Counted from the stretch's first letter, positions 1 through 12,457 are shown. The stretch is 64,000 nucleotides of DNA from Octopus sinensis (GCF_006345805.1 NC_043014.1:39556001-39620000), one strand, 5' to 3'. Made by a program: numbers and translations. The notes: a model not told the origin generated them from the letters alone.

Positions 1-27
1 AACACACACTGATACATATATATATAT

Positions 28-305
28 GACAGGCTTCTTTCAGTTTCCATGTACCAAATCCACTCACAGTAACTTTGGTCAGCCTCAGGCCCAAGGTATC
101 ATGCAGTGGAACTGAAAACTGGAACCATTACACACACATAAGACAGGCTTCTTTCAGTTTCCATCTACTAAATCCATTCACAAAGCTTTAGTCTGCCAAG
201 GGCTACAGTAGAAAACGCTTACACAAGGTGCTGTGCAGTGGAACTGAACTTGAAGCCATGTGGTTGGGAAGCAAGCTTCACAGCCATGCAGCCATGCCTG
301 TGCCT
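28..305 (-). mobile_element. Two decayed SINE-A head fragments
   Basis: Reverse complement of the SINE-A head (GGCTTCTTTCAGTTTCC...CAAATCCACTCAC...GGAACTGAA) at about 28-130 and 142-305, with many substitutions. Confidence 0.75.
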
Positions 306-720
306 ATAAACCTGAACAATTCTACACCCAATTCTTTCTTTTACACCTGTAATACTAAATCTAATTATTTACTACCCTAACAAACATTTAATAAATCATG
401 CAAACAAAACATTTTTTTTTTTAGAATATACATACACTGAAGATACAAGAACATAACTTCCTATTAATGTTTATTAGTTTTGCCTACGTTATACATTATA
501 ATTTACTAAATTTATCTTTCTATTATAAATCATACTTTGTTTTAACCTTTGTATCAGACACAGAGTGTTCTTTAGAACAATTTGCAAATTGGCTGCCCTA
601 AGAGCCATTGACCTCTAATATCTCAGACTCTCTCAAGTCACTTACACCGGAGCCACTTTTGTACGTTAGTCCATCTCAGTACATTTTATAAGCTTTCTTG
701 TCACACTTCTCTTCCTTCCA

Positions 721-759
<39 letters not shown>

Positions 760-883
760 TTCTATGTCTCAGCTTCTGTCACTTCTCTTCCCCCATACAC
801 TTCTCTGTTGCTCTATTGCTTTTATCCGATACATTGCTCTCTCTTTAATCATGAACAATCAGATACAATACATGGGTATGTAT

Positions 884-919
<36 letters not shown>

Positions 920-924
<5 letters not shown>

Positions 925-1325
925 ATCTTTTACTTGTTTCAGTCAGTAGACTGCAGTCATGGTGGGCACCCCTTAAAATGAATCAGCCCCAGTATTTATT
1001 CTTTTGGTCTATTTTGCCAAACCATCAATTTAAGGAGGTACAAACACACTAACACCAATTGTCAAGTGGTCATGGGGGACAAACCCAGACACAAAGACAC
1101 ACACACACATACACACACACACACACACATATACACACAACGAGCTTCTTTCAGCTTTCATTTACCAAATCCACTCATAAGGCTTTGGTCAGTCCAAGGC
1201 TATAGTACAAGACACTTGTCCAAGGAGCCGCACAGTGGGACTGAACCCTGAACTATGTGGCTGGGGAAAGCAAGCTGCTTGCTACACAACTCTGCTTGAA
1301 CATACAGCCATGCCTGCACCTATAT
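920..1325 (-). mobile_element. Decayed full-length SINE-A
   Basis: Tail, internal (CA)n and head match other SINE-A copies in order. Confidence 0.7.
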
Positions 1326-1515
1326 ATATCATACATATATATCATCATTATCATTTTAACATCCACTTTCCATGCTTGCACGGGTCGGATGGAATGTATC
1401 AAGGCAGATTTTCTACAGCTAAATGATGTCCTTCCTGTGCCTAACACTTACCTATTTTCAAGGAAGGTCCACCATGGACAGATATATTTTCAAAGAAGAT
1501 TGAGAATGGAGGACA

Positions 1516-1975
1516 TTACTTTACTTGTACTTGTGACGGCGTTCACCCAGGGCGGGTGGAACTGGTTTCTTCTCTGGTCCTGATGGCATCACGAACCATG
1601 GTGGCCCACACTCGATGGTCCCATGCAGGGTCACTGGAGATAGCGAGCCATTCGTGGTTCCATCTGCGCAGACTGACCACCTGCAGACCTGAGAGTTCGG
1701 AGAGGTCCTCCTTTATCGTCGTTGCCCAGGTCTTCAGCTGCCGGCCCGTGCATTTGCGCCAGTTGGGAAGTGGAGGTGGGAGGAGGACATCGCGAATCAG
1801 CTCACCCTCTGGACATCGGGCCGGATGACTGAACCACCTTAAGCGCCGTTGTAGAAGCACCAAAGGGAGGGGCCGGAGATTCAGGCGATGACGAAGACTG
1901 GCTGTAGGAACCCGATCAATGCATCGGCAGCGAAGAATGCGGCAGAGACAGTCATTGTCGAACACCTCCAGCCTT
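1516..1975 (-). pseudogene. 5'-truncated RTE-clade LINE (ORF C-terminus and 3' tail)
   Basis: ORF 1543-1965 reads (LEV)FDNDCLCRIL...RRLRWFSHPAR...GRQLKTW...DHRVWATMVRDA, typical of RTE ORF ends; a short ACAAGT-type repeat tail follows the stop. Confidence 0.8.
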
Positions 1976-2702
1976 CACTGTATAACAGCCATCACATTAC
2001 GTCAAGTGATGACTAGTTATGCTGAACACTTCTCGTTGCATAACTTTTACATCCGAGATTCAGTTGACTAAGAAACATATGTAACATGCATTTTGACTGT
2101 TCTACTCCCTCAATTTGGCTATAGGAATTTCAACCGTATTTCGTGGTCTGCTACCACAACAGCTCCTTTATAGGATCCAGTTAGCTCAAGACATCATCAG
2201 GAGGAACCACGTCTGGTTTCGGCCCCTACTCCTCTACCGTTTTGACGTGGTGAGGCCCCTTCCTTTTAGAGGTGCCTTCAGCTCTGGTGTTGGGTGCATG
2301 TTTTCTTTCTTCTGTTCCCTGGCCTCTTCGGTGTAGCATCAACGAGTGTCAGCGGGTGACTGACTGTCTTGTCAAATTTCCCTTTAAATACCTGCTGCTA
2401 GGCTCCAGCAGACAGCCCCAGCAAGTTGTCATGTGATACTGTCTCAACTTTAACTGACCAATGGAGGCATGTAGTCTTAGCCCACGCATTCTCTAAATAT
2501 TTAGATAAAGGTAGTTATGGCCAGTCTATAGGGTTTTCCAGGATTTTGTGTCCATAAAGCGCTTTGCTTTACATCTTGTCAGACCCTAATGGCCAGTGGT
2601 CTATAACCTCTCTTGAAAATGGAGGGAGAAAAGACTTTGTGGCTACTTCCTGAACACACAAAGGAGAAGAGTCAATCGCAAGGGATTGTCTCCCTTAGAT
2701 CG

Positions 2703-2888
2703 CTATCCAGAATCCACCCCGTCAGCTTGCAGGTCCCAGGATTTCAGTAGGAATTGGCTGAAATGTAAGCAGGGTTCAAAGACTTCCATCCTGGAATTTA
2801 TGATATTCCTCAAGTTGAGGGAGTTCTCTTAAATCCTTGCCTGTTCTGCCGTACACAACTTGCAATGCTTGCTCTCAATGTAGGTCCT
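2703..2888 (-). pseudogene. Penelope-like element endonuclease C-terminal remnant
   Basis: Manual translation YIESKHCKLCTAEQARI*ENSLNLRNIINSRMEVFEPCLHFSQFLLKSW fits the C-x-LC-x-E...N-x-R-x-E...C-x-H-x-x-FLL ending of GIY-YIG Penelope-like proteins; one internal stop. Confidence 0.6.
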
Positions 2889-3397
2889 CAATTTTACTAG
2901 GATATACATACATATACAGGCTTCTTTCAGTTTCCATCTGTCAAATACATTCACAAAGACTTGGTCATCTCAGGGATACGATATAGAAACACGTGCCTAA
3001 TGAGCCATGCAGTAGGGAAACTCAAAGTTGAAACCTTATTGTTAGGAAGTAAAACCTCTCAATCACAGAGCCACATCTGCTGCAGCTATTTTGGCTGTAA
3101 GATCCCACTTTAAGTAAGTTCCTCATCCAAACCATTCCAGCATGGAAAAAACAGACATAAAAATGAACATACACGTGCATGTGTGTGTGTGTGGTGGAGA
3201 GGTCTCTTGGGTTAAAATATCAAAAGGATCATGGCTTTTAAACTGAAGGTTCATTTAATCTCAGTACAGTTGGAACCATTTGTGCTTCCTGAGTCATTCT
3301 GTAAATTTAATATTAATTCATATGTTTAAGCAGGTTACAAAATATGTCATAACACTAATTGCCAATCCTACACATCTGGAAAATTTATTCTGGGTAT

Positions 3398-3448
<51 letters not shown>

Positions 3449-4314
3449 CACACACACACAACACACACACACATATGTATGCATAAACTCTCTGACCGAC
3501 AGAGTTTGTGTATGTGTGTGGTTCAGACTGCACCAAGCTAAATGTCATTCAACTGAAATCAAAAATGTTATTCCTCAGTTACCGTATTCACATGCTCCCT
3601 TATGACTCGAAGTGTGAGTGTTATTCATTATCCCCCAAATTATTTCAGAGGTACAGAGAAATATTATGCATTTTCTCTCTAAAATTATTAAAAATAGGTG
3701 ATGCTTAAATTAATAGAAACTATCATAGATTTTTTTTTTAAATAAACATTTCGGTTGACCTAGATTTACAATTTACAATATAATTTGCATAGTAAAGAAC
3801 AATAGCTCACTTGACAGAGATATAGGACAGGGACTTCGAGTCACTGCGGCCACGGCTATTTACCTCATTTAATAAGCACTGAAAATATAATGGACTAAGT
3901 TGTCAAAATGGTATTTATAATAGCATGCTCTGTTCTGCAGTGAGAGTACTGCATATGACTACTTGTAGCTACAAGAGCGGTACCATCGATGAGAACCTCG
4001 AAGATGTGTATGAGTGTGATTTCTGTGTGTATGTGTGTTTGTATACATACATGCATAGGCATATATATATATATATATATACACACATACATACAAGCAG
4101 ACAGATATAGATATGTAAATATATGTCATTATATATATATAGATATATAACTACATGTATAAGTGTGTGTGTGTGTGTTTGAAAATATTTAATTATCAAA
4201 ATGGAAAAATTATCAGAAAAGCCATATCTATTCATTTATTCAAATATATGATACTGTACCAAGGACTTTCAATTTCTTATTCTACTATATATATATGTGT
4301 GTGAGTGTGTGTGA

Positions 4315-4354
<40 letters not shown>

Positions 4355-4560
4355 TTTATTTAAAGTAGCAGAAAATTCAACAAAACCTGTTACTCTGAGT
4401 TTCCCGTTGCTGTTCATCGGACAGTTTTTGCTAGAAGAGTAACAGGTTTTGTTGAATTTTGTTGAATTTTCTGCTGCTTTAAATAAAGCATATTACTCTA
4501 CCACTGGTATTTGAGTACTCTTTTTTCCACCTTGTTTCACATTTATGTGTTTACTCCGTT

Positions 4561-4576
<16 letters not shown>

Positions 4577-4651
<75 letters not shown>

Positions 4652-4680
4652 CAGATAGACAGATAGATAGACAGATAGAT
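4577..4680. repeat. (TA)n(TAGA)n microsatellite
   Basis: Directly visible. Confidence 0.95.
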
Positions 4681-4854
4681 TGTTAGCCACTAAACCGTTT
4701 TCTATTTTCTCTCCCTATTTATTTTTGTGTTCTTTTCTGTCGCAGAGCATAGGCTCGAAACGTAAAAGACTTTCTCACTTCCCGAGCATTAAACTAATAC
4801 ATCTGTTTGTTCTGTTTTCTATTTACACACCTGTCTTTGTCTTTTTGTAAATTC

Positions 4855-4862
<8 letters not shown>
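4680..4862 (+). mobile_element. (TA)n-embedded Penelope-derived element with variant hammerhead motif
   Basis: Homologous to 35570-35722 in the opposite orientation; contains CTGTCGC-A-GAGC-ATAG-GCTC-GAAA-CG-TA at 4737-4764. Confidence 0.6.
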
Positions 4863-4889
<27 letters not shown>

Positions 4890-5609
4890 TCATACATATT
4901 ATTTTTAGGTATCTGAAGACTAATGAAGAATATACTGACAGAGATATAGTGTAAATCAATTAAAGGAGAAAGAAAAACTTGTAAAGCATGTATCTAATAG
5001 GTTGTTCAGACTTTACTGGAGTCAAAGTAATGTGTCTTACCTTACAGTGGTTTGTAGGGGCAATTGTAATCTTTTAATATATTACATATTTCTCAAGAAA
5101 GAAATCTCACTAAGGCTAAAAAACACTAAAACTAACTCTACAAAACAAACAAACATTAATACTGAAAGGAATAAGTAGATAAATTGATATCGTAAACACT
5201 GATTGCAGATTGAAAAGTATACAATAATTGGATAAGGCACTGTCTGTCAGAGGTGACAGGATGATAACACAGTGAATCAGGTAAGATTATATAGCTTGTA
5301 ATAGCTTGTAATTGGATAAGGAGATAGATGTCCATGATAGAAACACATCTGACCACATTCAAGAAAAACAAAGATTAAAAACATTTCAACAATAATGATA
5401 GCTTTTTTTGTTTCTCCTCTAAAACAAAGGTGTATAATCAATTGAATAAATTGCAGACTGTTACTGGTGTTTACCTTGGCTAATGTGGTGTGTCAGCTTG
5501 CTAGAAATAGTAACTGAATTTCCCTAATGTCAAACTTTACTGTCTTAAATAAAGATAAACATGTTGAATAGACAATACACAAAACAAAACAGGATAGTTA
5601 ATAGTTAAT

Positions 5610-6026
5610 AGGCGCAGGAGTGGCTGTGTGGTAAGTAGCTTGCTTACCAACCACATGGTTCCAGGTTCAGTCCCACTGCGTGGCACCTTGGGCAAGTGTC
5701 TTCGACTATAGCCTCGGGCCAACCAAAGCCTTGTGAGTGGATTTGGCAGATGGAAACTGAAAGAAGTCCATCATATAAATGTATATATATGTGTGTTTGC
5801 GTGTATGTTTGTGTGTCTGTGTTTGTCCCCCTAGCATTGCATGACAACCGATGCTGGTGTGTTGACGTCTCCGTCACTTAGCGGTTCGGCAAAAGAGACT
5901 GATAGAATAAGTACTGGGCTTACAAAGAATTAGTCCCGGGGTCGAGTTGCTCAACTAAAGGCGGTGCTCCAGCATGGCCGCAGTCAAATGGCTGAAACAA
6001 GTAAAAGCGTAAAAAAGAGTAAAGAG
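5610..6026 (+). mobile_element. SINE-A, full length (tRNA-like head, CORE-like segment, internal microsatellite, AGTAAAAG tail)
   Basis: A-box-like GGAGTGGCTGTGTGG, B-box-like GGTTCAGTCCC, CCTTGGGCAAGT CORE-like motif; many copies across the window. Confidence 0.85.
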
Positions 6027-6060
6027 ATGAAACACACTTTCCTCGTGCTTTTTCCTTAAC

Positions 6061-6216
6061 CCTTTCAATACCAAACAGGCTGAAACTGCCCCGGGGTCTG
6101 TAGTACAAATGTCATGTTTACATAAGTTTTGAATTTAAATCTTCCACCAAACCTTAGTCAGAATTTATGTTCCTAATACTAGCATAATGATAATGAACTT
6201 ATTTTATTAAATTCTT

Positions 6217-6247
<31 letters not shown>

Positions 6248-6750
6248 TTAACGTCCGTTTTCCATGCTAGCATGGGTTGGACGGTTCAACCATGGTCTGG
6301 GAAGCCAGAAGGCTGCGCCAGGCCCAGTCTGATCTGGCAATGTTTCTACAGCTGGATGCCCTTCCTAACGCCAACCACTCCGTGAGTGTAGTGGGTGCTT
6401 TTTACGTGCCACCTGCACAGGTGCCAGACGAGGCTGGCAAATGGCCACGATCGGAGGGTGCTTTTTACATGCCACCAGCATGGGGGCCAGACGAGGCTGG
6501 CAATGGCCACAATCGGATGGTGCATTTTACATGCCACCGGCACGGAGGCCAGTCGGAGCAGCGCTGGCAACGGCCAACGTTTGGATGGCTCTCTTACGTG
6601 CCATCGGAACTGGTATCACAGCTACAATTTCCATTGATGTTGATCGATTTTGATTTTGATTTTCATAAAATGAAAATGAAATTCTTTGTTATATTTAAAA
6701 TGATTGAAAGAAACACAGAGCATCTCATAATAAATATGGTAACAAAAGGG
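6061..6750. mobile_element. piggyBac-like MITE interrupted by element C
   Basis: TTAA|CCCTTTCAATACC left end and GGTAACAAAAGGG|TTGA right end; the interior is the reverse complement of the 7341-7578 MITE. Confidence 0.65.
6218..6678 (-). mobile_element. Element C: non-autonomous retroposon with internal ~60-bp tandem units and (GAT)n tail
   Basis: 9-bp TSD AAATTCTTT (6209-6217, 6679-6687); 3' end GGAAGGGCATCCAGCTGTAGAAAC...CATGCTAGCATGGAAAACGGACGTTAAATGATGATG. Confidence 0.8.
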
Positions 6751-6884
6751 TTGAGTCTAACCAGATTTACTAACTTATTGAAATCTTTGCTCTCTATGGA
6801 GCATAAGCTGTCAACAACATTTCATCAGTGTTCTTTACTTCTTCTCTCTAGCTGGATCCCTGTTAATTCCTTGTGCTAAAAAGT

Positions 6885-7085
6885 TCCTGGCTTTAAGGGT
6901 ATTGTGAAAGTCCTGGTTGGAGGCCCAACCTTCTGAATTCATTTACAGGGTTTAGAAAAACTGAAAGACTGCTGCAATAAGTGTGTGAATCTGAGAGGGG
7001 AAATATGTTGAATAAAATCATAATTAACTGATGCTCCTGTGTTTTCTTTTAACCAAAGCCCAGTAATTTTCAGCACCCCTTCATA
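6885..7085 (+). mobile_element. mariner deletion-derivative MITE (decayed copy)
   Basis: Near-identical to 22910-23131; right TIR TTTTCAGCACCCCTTCATA; left TIR eroded. Confidence 0.7.
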
Positions 7086-7340
7086 GTTTCCCTTTGAATT
7101 TTCCTGCACTGTGTTATATGATTCCCTGATGAAGTGCTTTTTAGGGGCCACATAAAATGCATTAGTGTGGGTGCAGGTGCTGGTACCATGTAAAAAGCAC
7201 CTGGTACACTTTGTAAAGCAATTGGCATCAGGAAGGGCATCCAGCTGTAGAAACTAAGCTAAAACAGACAATAGAACCTTCCAGCCTTGCCAGTCCCTGT
7301 CAAACCTTCCACCCACGCCTGCACAGAAAACGGATGTTAA

Positions 7341-7578
7341 CCCTTTTGTTACTGTATTTATTTTGAGATGCTCTGTGTTTCTTTCAATTACTTTAAATAT
7401 AACAAAAAATTTAGTAAAATGACTTAGTTATAATTAATAACTTAGTAATAATTAAGCTGATGTTAGGAACATAAATTGTGACTAAGGTTTGGTGGAAGAT
7501 TTTAATTCAAAACTAATGAAAACAAGACATCAGTACTCAGAGCCAAGGCCGGTTTCAGCCAGGTTGGTAACGAAAGGT
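7341..7578. mobile_element. piggyBac-like MITE inserted in the tail of an element C copy
   Basis: TTAA at 7337-7340 and 7579-7582; termini CCCTTTTGTTAC / GTAACGAAAGGT; the host C tail resumes as TTAAATGATGAT. Confidence 0.75.
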
Positions 7579-8494
7579 TTAAATGATGATGATGATGATG
7601 ATAATGGTGGTGGTGGTGGTGGTGGTGGTGGTGATTATGATGACGAGTTAATATGTTCCTCTCCCAGGTCTAGTTGGTTTCTGAATTGTCATTGTTGCTT
7701 CTGTAATTTTGCCTTAGCCCAATACAAATTCGTTTTTTTTTACCTCTGGGAAGAGGTGATACATATTAGTCTGGCCTCAATCCTTTGACCTGTCCAGCAT
7801 AAGAAGTCCTACCAGGAGCTTGCACTCAACTGACAAAGCTCTCAGGGCCACTGAGGTGCACAAGCTACCACAGTGCAACAACTGGTTCTCATTTTACAGT
7901 AATTAACCTTGAACAATGTTCCCTCTAATTATTTTTGCTGTGGATCAGCACAGAAATTTGCCAGTTAGCAAATTTTGTCTTTTTTTTGTTTTTGAAAATT
8001 ATGTAAGCCTCCACTCTTCAATTAAAATATCTTAATTTCATCCTTTGAGTAAACACAAGGACTGTTTTGTTAGCGACGTGATATAGTAAATTAAATATTA
8101 TCAGTATGGTGCTGCCAGTTATCAAATTCAGAAAATAACTGAAACCCAAAAATATCACTCTCAAACTATAAAATCCAACAAAACCTGTAAGATGGCTCTC
8201 AGTCTATCTGACACAACCTATTTAATGTTGCACATTCAACACTGATGTATTTAATATCAGAAGTTTTAATGCTTTTCTTGTTCTTTCCAGCACTCTTGCT
8301 CTGTCTTTCTGCCTATGTCTGTCTGTCTCTCTCTCTCTCTCTTAATGTGTGTGAGCATAGCTCTCAATGTGTATGAGAAGAGAGAAAGTGTTTAACTCTT
8401 TAGCATTTGAACCGACCATATCCAGCCAAAATATTCTGCCTGTATTATGTTCAAACTGGCCAGGTCTGGCCTCTCACACTTACCTTACAATACT

Positions 8495-8782
8495 CATCAT
8501 CATCATCGTTTAGTGTCCGCTTTCCATGCTAGCATGGGTTGGACGGTTCAACTGGGTTCTGCGAAGCCAGAAGGCTGCACCAGGCCCAGTCTGATCTGGC
8601 AATGTTTCTATGGTTGGATGCCCTTCCTAACGCCAACCACTCCGTGAGTGTAGTGGGTGCTTTTTACGTGCCACCGGCACGAGGCCAGTCGGGGCAGCGC
8701 TGGCAATGGCCATGACTGGCCTCATGCCGGTGGCACGTAAAAAGCACCATCCGATCGTGGCCATTGCCAGCCTCGCCTCGCC
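8495..8782 (-). mobile_element. Element C, 5'-truncated
   Basis: (CAT)n tail, C 3' end and about two internal units. Confidence 0.8.
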
Positions 8783-8858
8783 TATTCTAGAAATGAACAA
8801 TCACATCATTGAAGTCTCAAAGCTACAAGATAATGCATGACTAAGTCATATCAATGTG

Positions 8859-8889
<31 letters not shown>

Positions 8890-8890
8890 C

Positions 8891-9188
8891 ATATCTCGCC
8901 CTTTTCAAGCATAGCCAGGCTCATGGGCCCGGTTTCAGTGGCGCATGTGTTCCCCCCAACTGGACAGGACGCCAGTCCATCGCAGTGTTACTCAAGAAAC
9001 AGGAACAGAGAGTGAGAGAAAGTTGTGGCGTAAGAGTACAACAGGGGTCACCACCACCCCCTTTGCCGGAGCCTCGTGGAGCTTTTAGGTGTTTTCGCTC
9101 AATAAACACGCACAACGCCCGGTCTGGGAATCGAAATCACAATCCTCCGACCGCAAGTCTGCTGCCCTAACCACTGAGCCATTGCGCC
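8891..9188 (-). mobile_element. SINE-E (tRNA head plus V-domain-like segment)
   Basis: Head GGCGCAATGGCTCAGTGGTTAGGGC...TTCGATTCCC; CTGCGATGGACTGGCGTCCTGTCCAG resembles the V-SINE domain as I recall it. Confidence 0.7.
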
Positions 9189-9790
9189 TACACAATATTA
9201 TATATATCTTCACAAATGTCCCACGAAGAATCAAAAGTTATGTTAAACCTTTTCTTAAGTATAAACAGCATTAACCAAGGTAACAGACTTCAACCAAGAA
9301 TTGAGAATGAATCCATGATGACCTCATCCCTCTGAGACTTTACCTCATATTCCATAATACTCACTACAGTAACATCCGAAATACAATCAATTATTGATTT
9401 TACTATTGGCTGGTTTCTGTGAAGTACTTAAAGGAACGAAGCTTAAGATTTGCTAATAGCAAACTGAACTAGAGAACATTGGATACCCCTACATTATAAA
9501 CTGCTATTGTTGCAGTGATGTGGTGACAAGAAAGAAATAACTACAAGTAAATTTAGTGACTCAAGTCCAACATTTTTCAGTCAACATTTATTATATATTG
9601 AATATCAATTTCCAGATCTCAATTTCATGTCACCTCGATCGTCTATGGTAATCCTCTTGTGTGTTGTGAGTGCTGCTGTACTCTATCACCAAATTCTGAA
9701 GTCAGTGCCTCATCAGACAGTGGAAGTAGCTCTGTAGGTATTTCAGTCCCTTCCACCACAAAACCAAAGCTGCCTAGGCCTACCTGCTGA

Positions 9791-10203
9791 TTTCTTTACT
9801 GCCCACAAGGGGCTATGCAGAGGGAACAAACAAGGACAGACAAACGGATTAAGTCCATTACATCGACCCCAGAGCGTAACTGGTACTTATTTAATCGACC
9901 CCGAAAGGATGAAAGGCAAAGTCGACCTCAGTGGAATTTGAACTCAGAATGTAGCGGCAGACGAAATACCTATTTCTTTACTACCCACAAGGGGCTAAAC
10001 ACAGAGGGAACAAACAAGGACAGACAAAGGGATTAAGTCAATTATATCGACCCCAGTGCATAACTGGTACTTATTTAATCGACCCCGAAAGGATGAAATG
10101 CAAAGTTGACCGCAGCGGAATTTGAACTCAGAAAGTAAAGACAGACGAAATACTGCTAAGCATTTCGCCCGGCATGCTAACGATTCTGCCAGTTTGCCAC
10201 CTT
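9791..10203 (-). mobile_element. SINE-B head-unit-unit dimer
   Basis: One head and two ~185-bp bodies, joined at AAAGAAATAGGTATTTCGTC (about 9961-9980). Confidence 0.9.
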
Positions 10204-11361
10204 CTGATGTAGGTGACAAAACTCCCACACAATAGTATGAGCTTTGTAGACATGCCCATCACTAAGGGTGTGCGCTGGGTAACACTGCCCCCTCACTAGT
10301 CAATAGTGCACCCTTAGATTTACAGTGATACACTTATTTCAAAACTCCACTTTAGCATTATTACAAATTAGTGCCTGCCCAGAATATTCTGCAGCACAAC
10401 ACCCCAAGGCACCAAAGTCTGGTGATGGACCTTTTTGGAGAGTCAAATATTGTATCTTTGAGCCAGATGTTTCTATCATCCTCAATGCTTGTTCTTGCTG
10501 CACTATTCATTCACTTTCTTGAGCCAGATATAGTGGCTTGCTTTCTAAGAAGCTTCAGGCAATTGTTAGTCAACAGGTTTTTCTTCTCTACTTTGCAGCT
10601 AACTCTAAGCTCCTAAATATCAGGTGAACCCTGTTTCTTAGAAATCATCTAACAACACCTATCAGTAGATGAAAATCAGTCTTGAATGAATCATTACTGA
10701 TAATTTCAAGTGACATTTAGGGAATGAATTAGGTAAGAACTTGATACTATATTAGTCAGATGGTTAAGAAGAGATAGTGCAAGCTCTGAGATGTTACATT
10801 AAATATATACAGGTCACATTTATTGCAAATACAGAAAATTCAGATAACTTCCTAAATAATTAGTAGATATATCCGTTTCTTAGAAAACTTGCTACTAGGG
10901 GTAGGGTCACTGATAACATGGTATTTATAGCATATAATTGGTTGAAGACAAAGTGATTTGCTCCTGAGAATAAACTGTATAATGTGCGTGTCGTTAGTGT
11001 GACCCTGCGTGTGAGATAGCGTGATAAGAGGATCTAGAGCAAAAGAAGGGAAAGAATTGAGTATGACTCATAAGTTATATAAGAATAAGAGAGAGAGTGG
11101 GGAGGCTTGAGTGTGAGTGAGCTGAAAAAGAGACTGGACATTGGAAGTATTAATTTGTATATATTCAAGGACATGGTTCTACTGGGTTGATCAAAATGTG
11201 TTGCTCGTGTTGATAGGGAATAGCAATAAGGATGTTTGGGGGAGATTTGGAGGTGTAATAACTGGTCTGATAGAAGACTTGTAGGACTTACAAGAGACAA
11301 AAAAAAGGAAAATGGCATAAAAGAACTGATTGGAGATACAGTAGTTTTTTCCAATTTTAGC

Positions 11362-11680
11362 ACAAGGCCAGCAATTTCAGGAAAGGGGCTAAGTTGATTT
11401 CATTGACCCCAAGGTTCATCTGGTACTTATTTTATTAACTCCAAAAGGATGAAAGGCAAAGTTAACCCCAGCAGGGTTTGAACTTAGGATGTGAAGACAG
11501 ACAAAATGCCACTAAACAGTTTGTCCGGCGTGCTAATGATTCTGCCAGCTCACTATTATCCTTAAAGGCAAAGTCGACCTTGGTGGAATTTGAACTCAGA
11601 ATGTAAAGACGGATAAAATGCCGCTAAGCATTTTGCCTGGCATGCTCACCGATTCTGCCAGTTCATTGCCTTGATTGGAG
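11362..11680 (-). mobile_element. Two tandem decayed SINE-B2 copies
   Basis: SINE-B-type head and body with the alternative GGCCTTGTGC tail. Confidence 0.7.
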
Positions 11681-12457
11681 ATAAATTATTAAGTAGGCCT
11701 GTCCATCCTATTCCAATATGATTATATATAAGTGTGCTAAAAATGGTGAGATGATGATGATGATGGTGGTGGTGTTGGTGGCGGCGGTGGTCATTTTGGT
11801 AGTGGCAGCAGAGATAATAGTGTTTAGGGGAATTATGATGATGATGATGATGCTGATCTCATTAGTACTTGTTTCCAATAAATCTGCCAAGAAGTATTTT
11901 GACAATATATATTACTGTGATAATTGTGTTCTTTTAAAAGATTGCAGAATACAGATTAACTGAAGACTGTAGAACATTTTCATTTCCTGGTAAGTCCATT
12001 TGACATTTTGATTTCTTGTTGGGAAGATTTATCTCCTAATCACAAGACAGTAGGACCAAAAGAATTTAGTTGAAATAATATATTACTTATTCCAAAATAA
12101 TTTAGTTCTCCGAACAATAGCTATGAGTTATCAGTAACTATTGGATCTCTTTGTATTCACGCGGAAATACTACCCATTAGTCATCAGTTGATAGCGCTGA
12201 ACTGAATACATAAATTATTTAACCTAAATGGAATTACTTGATAGATTTAGTTCTATATTCGATGAAAAGAAGGTAGCATGAAGCTTGATCTGGAAACCCT
12301 ACTGACCGAAAATGAAACACAAAAAAACAAAAAAAAAAAAAAAAGAGAAAGATGAATAAATTCTTAGTTTTTGTTGTAGATTGTGTAGGGAGCTATCTTA
12401 GAAACAAATCTATAAAGAGACTTGCCAGATGTTTCAGTTCTTATAGAGATTATAGAG

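Noticed and set aside
9089-9188. tRNA gene candidates (also about 36430-36525, 38350-38438, 56638-56710)
   Set aside because: Each tRNA-like stretch runs into a SINE body and lacks a complete acceptor stem; these are SINE heads.
10205-10620. Coding-looking stretch on the minus strand (ELRVSCKVEKKNLL...)
   Set aside because: Stops in all frames and no motif I can name; it may be an old LINE fragment but cannot be supported.
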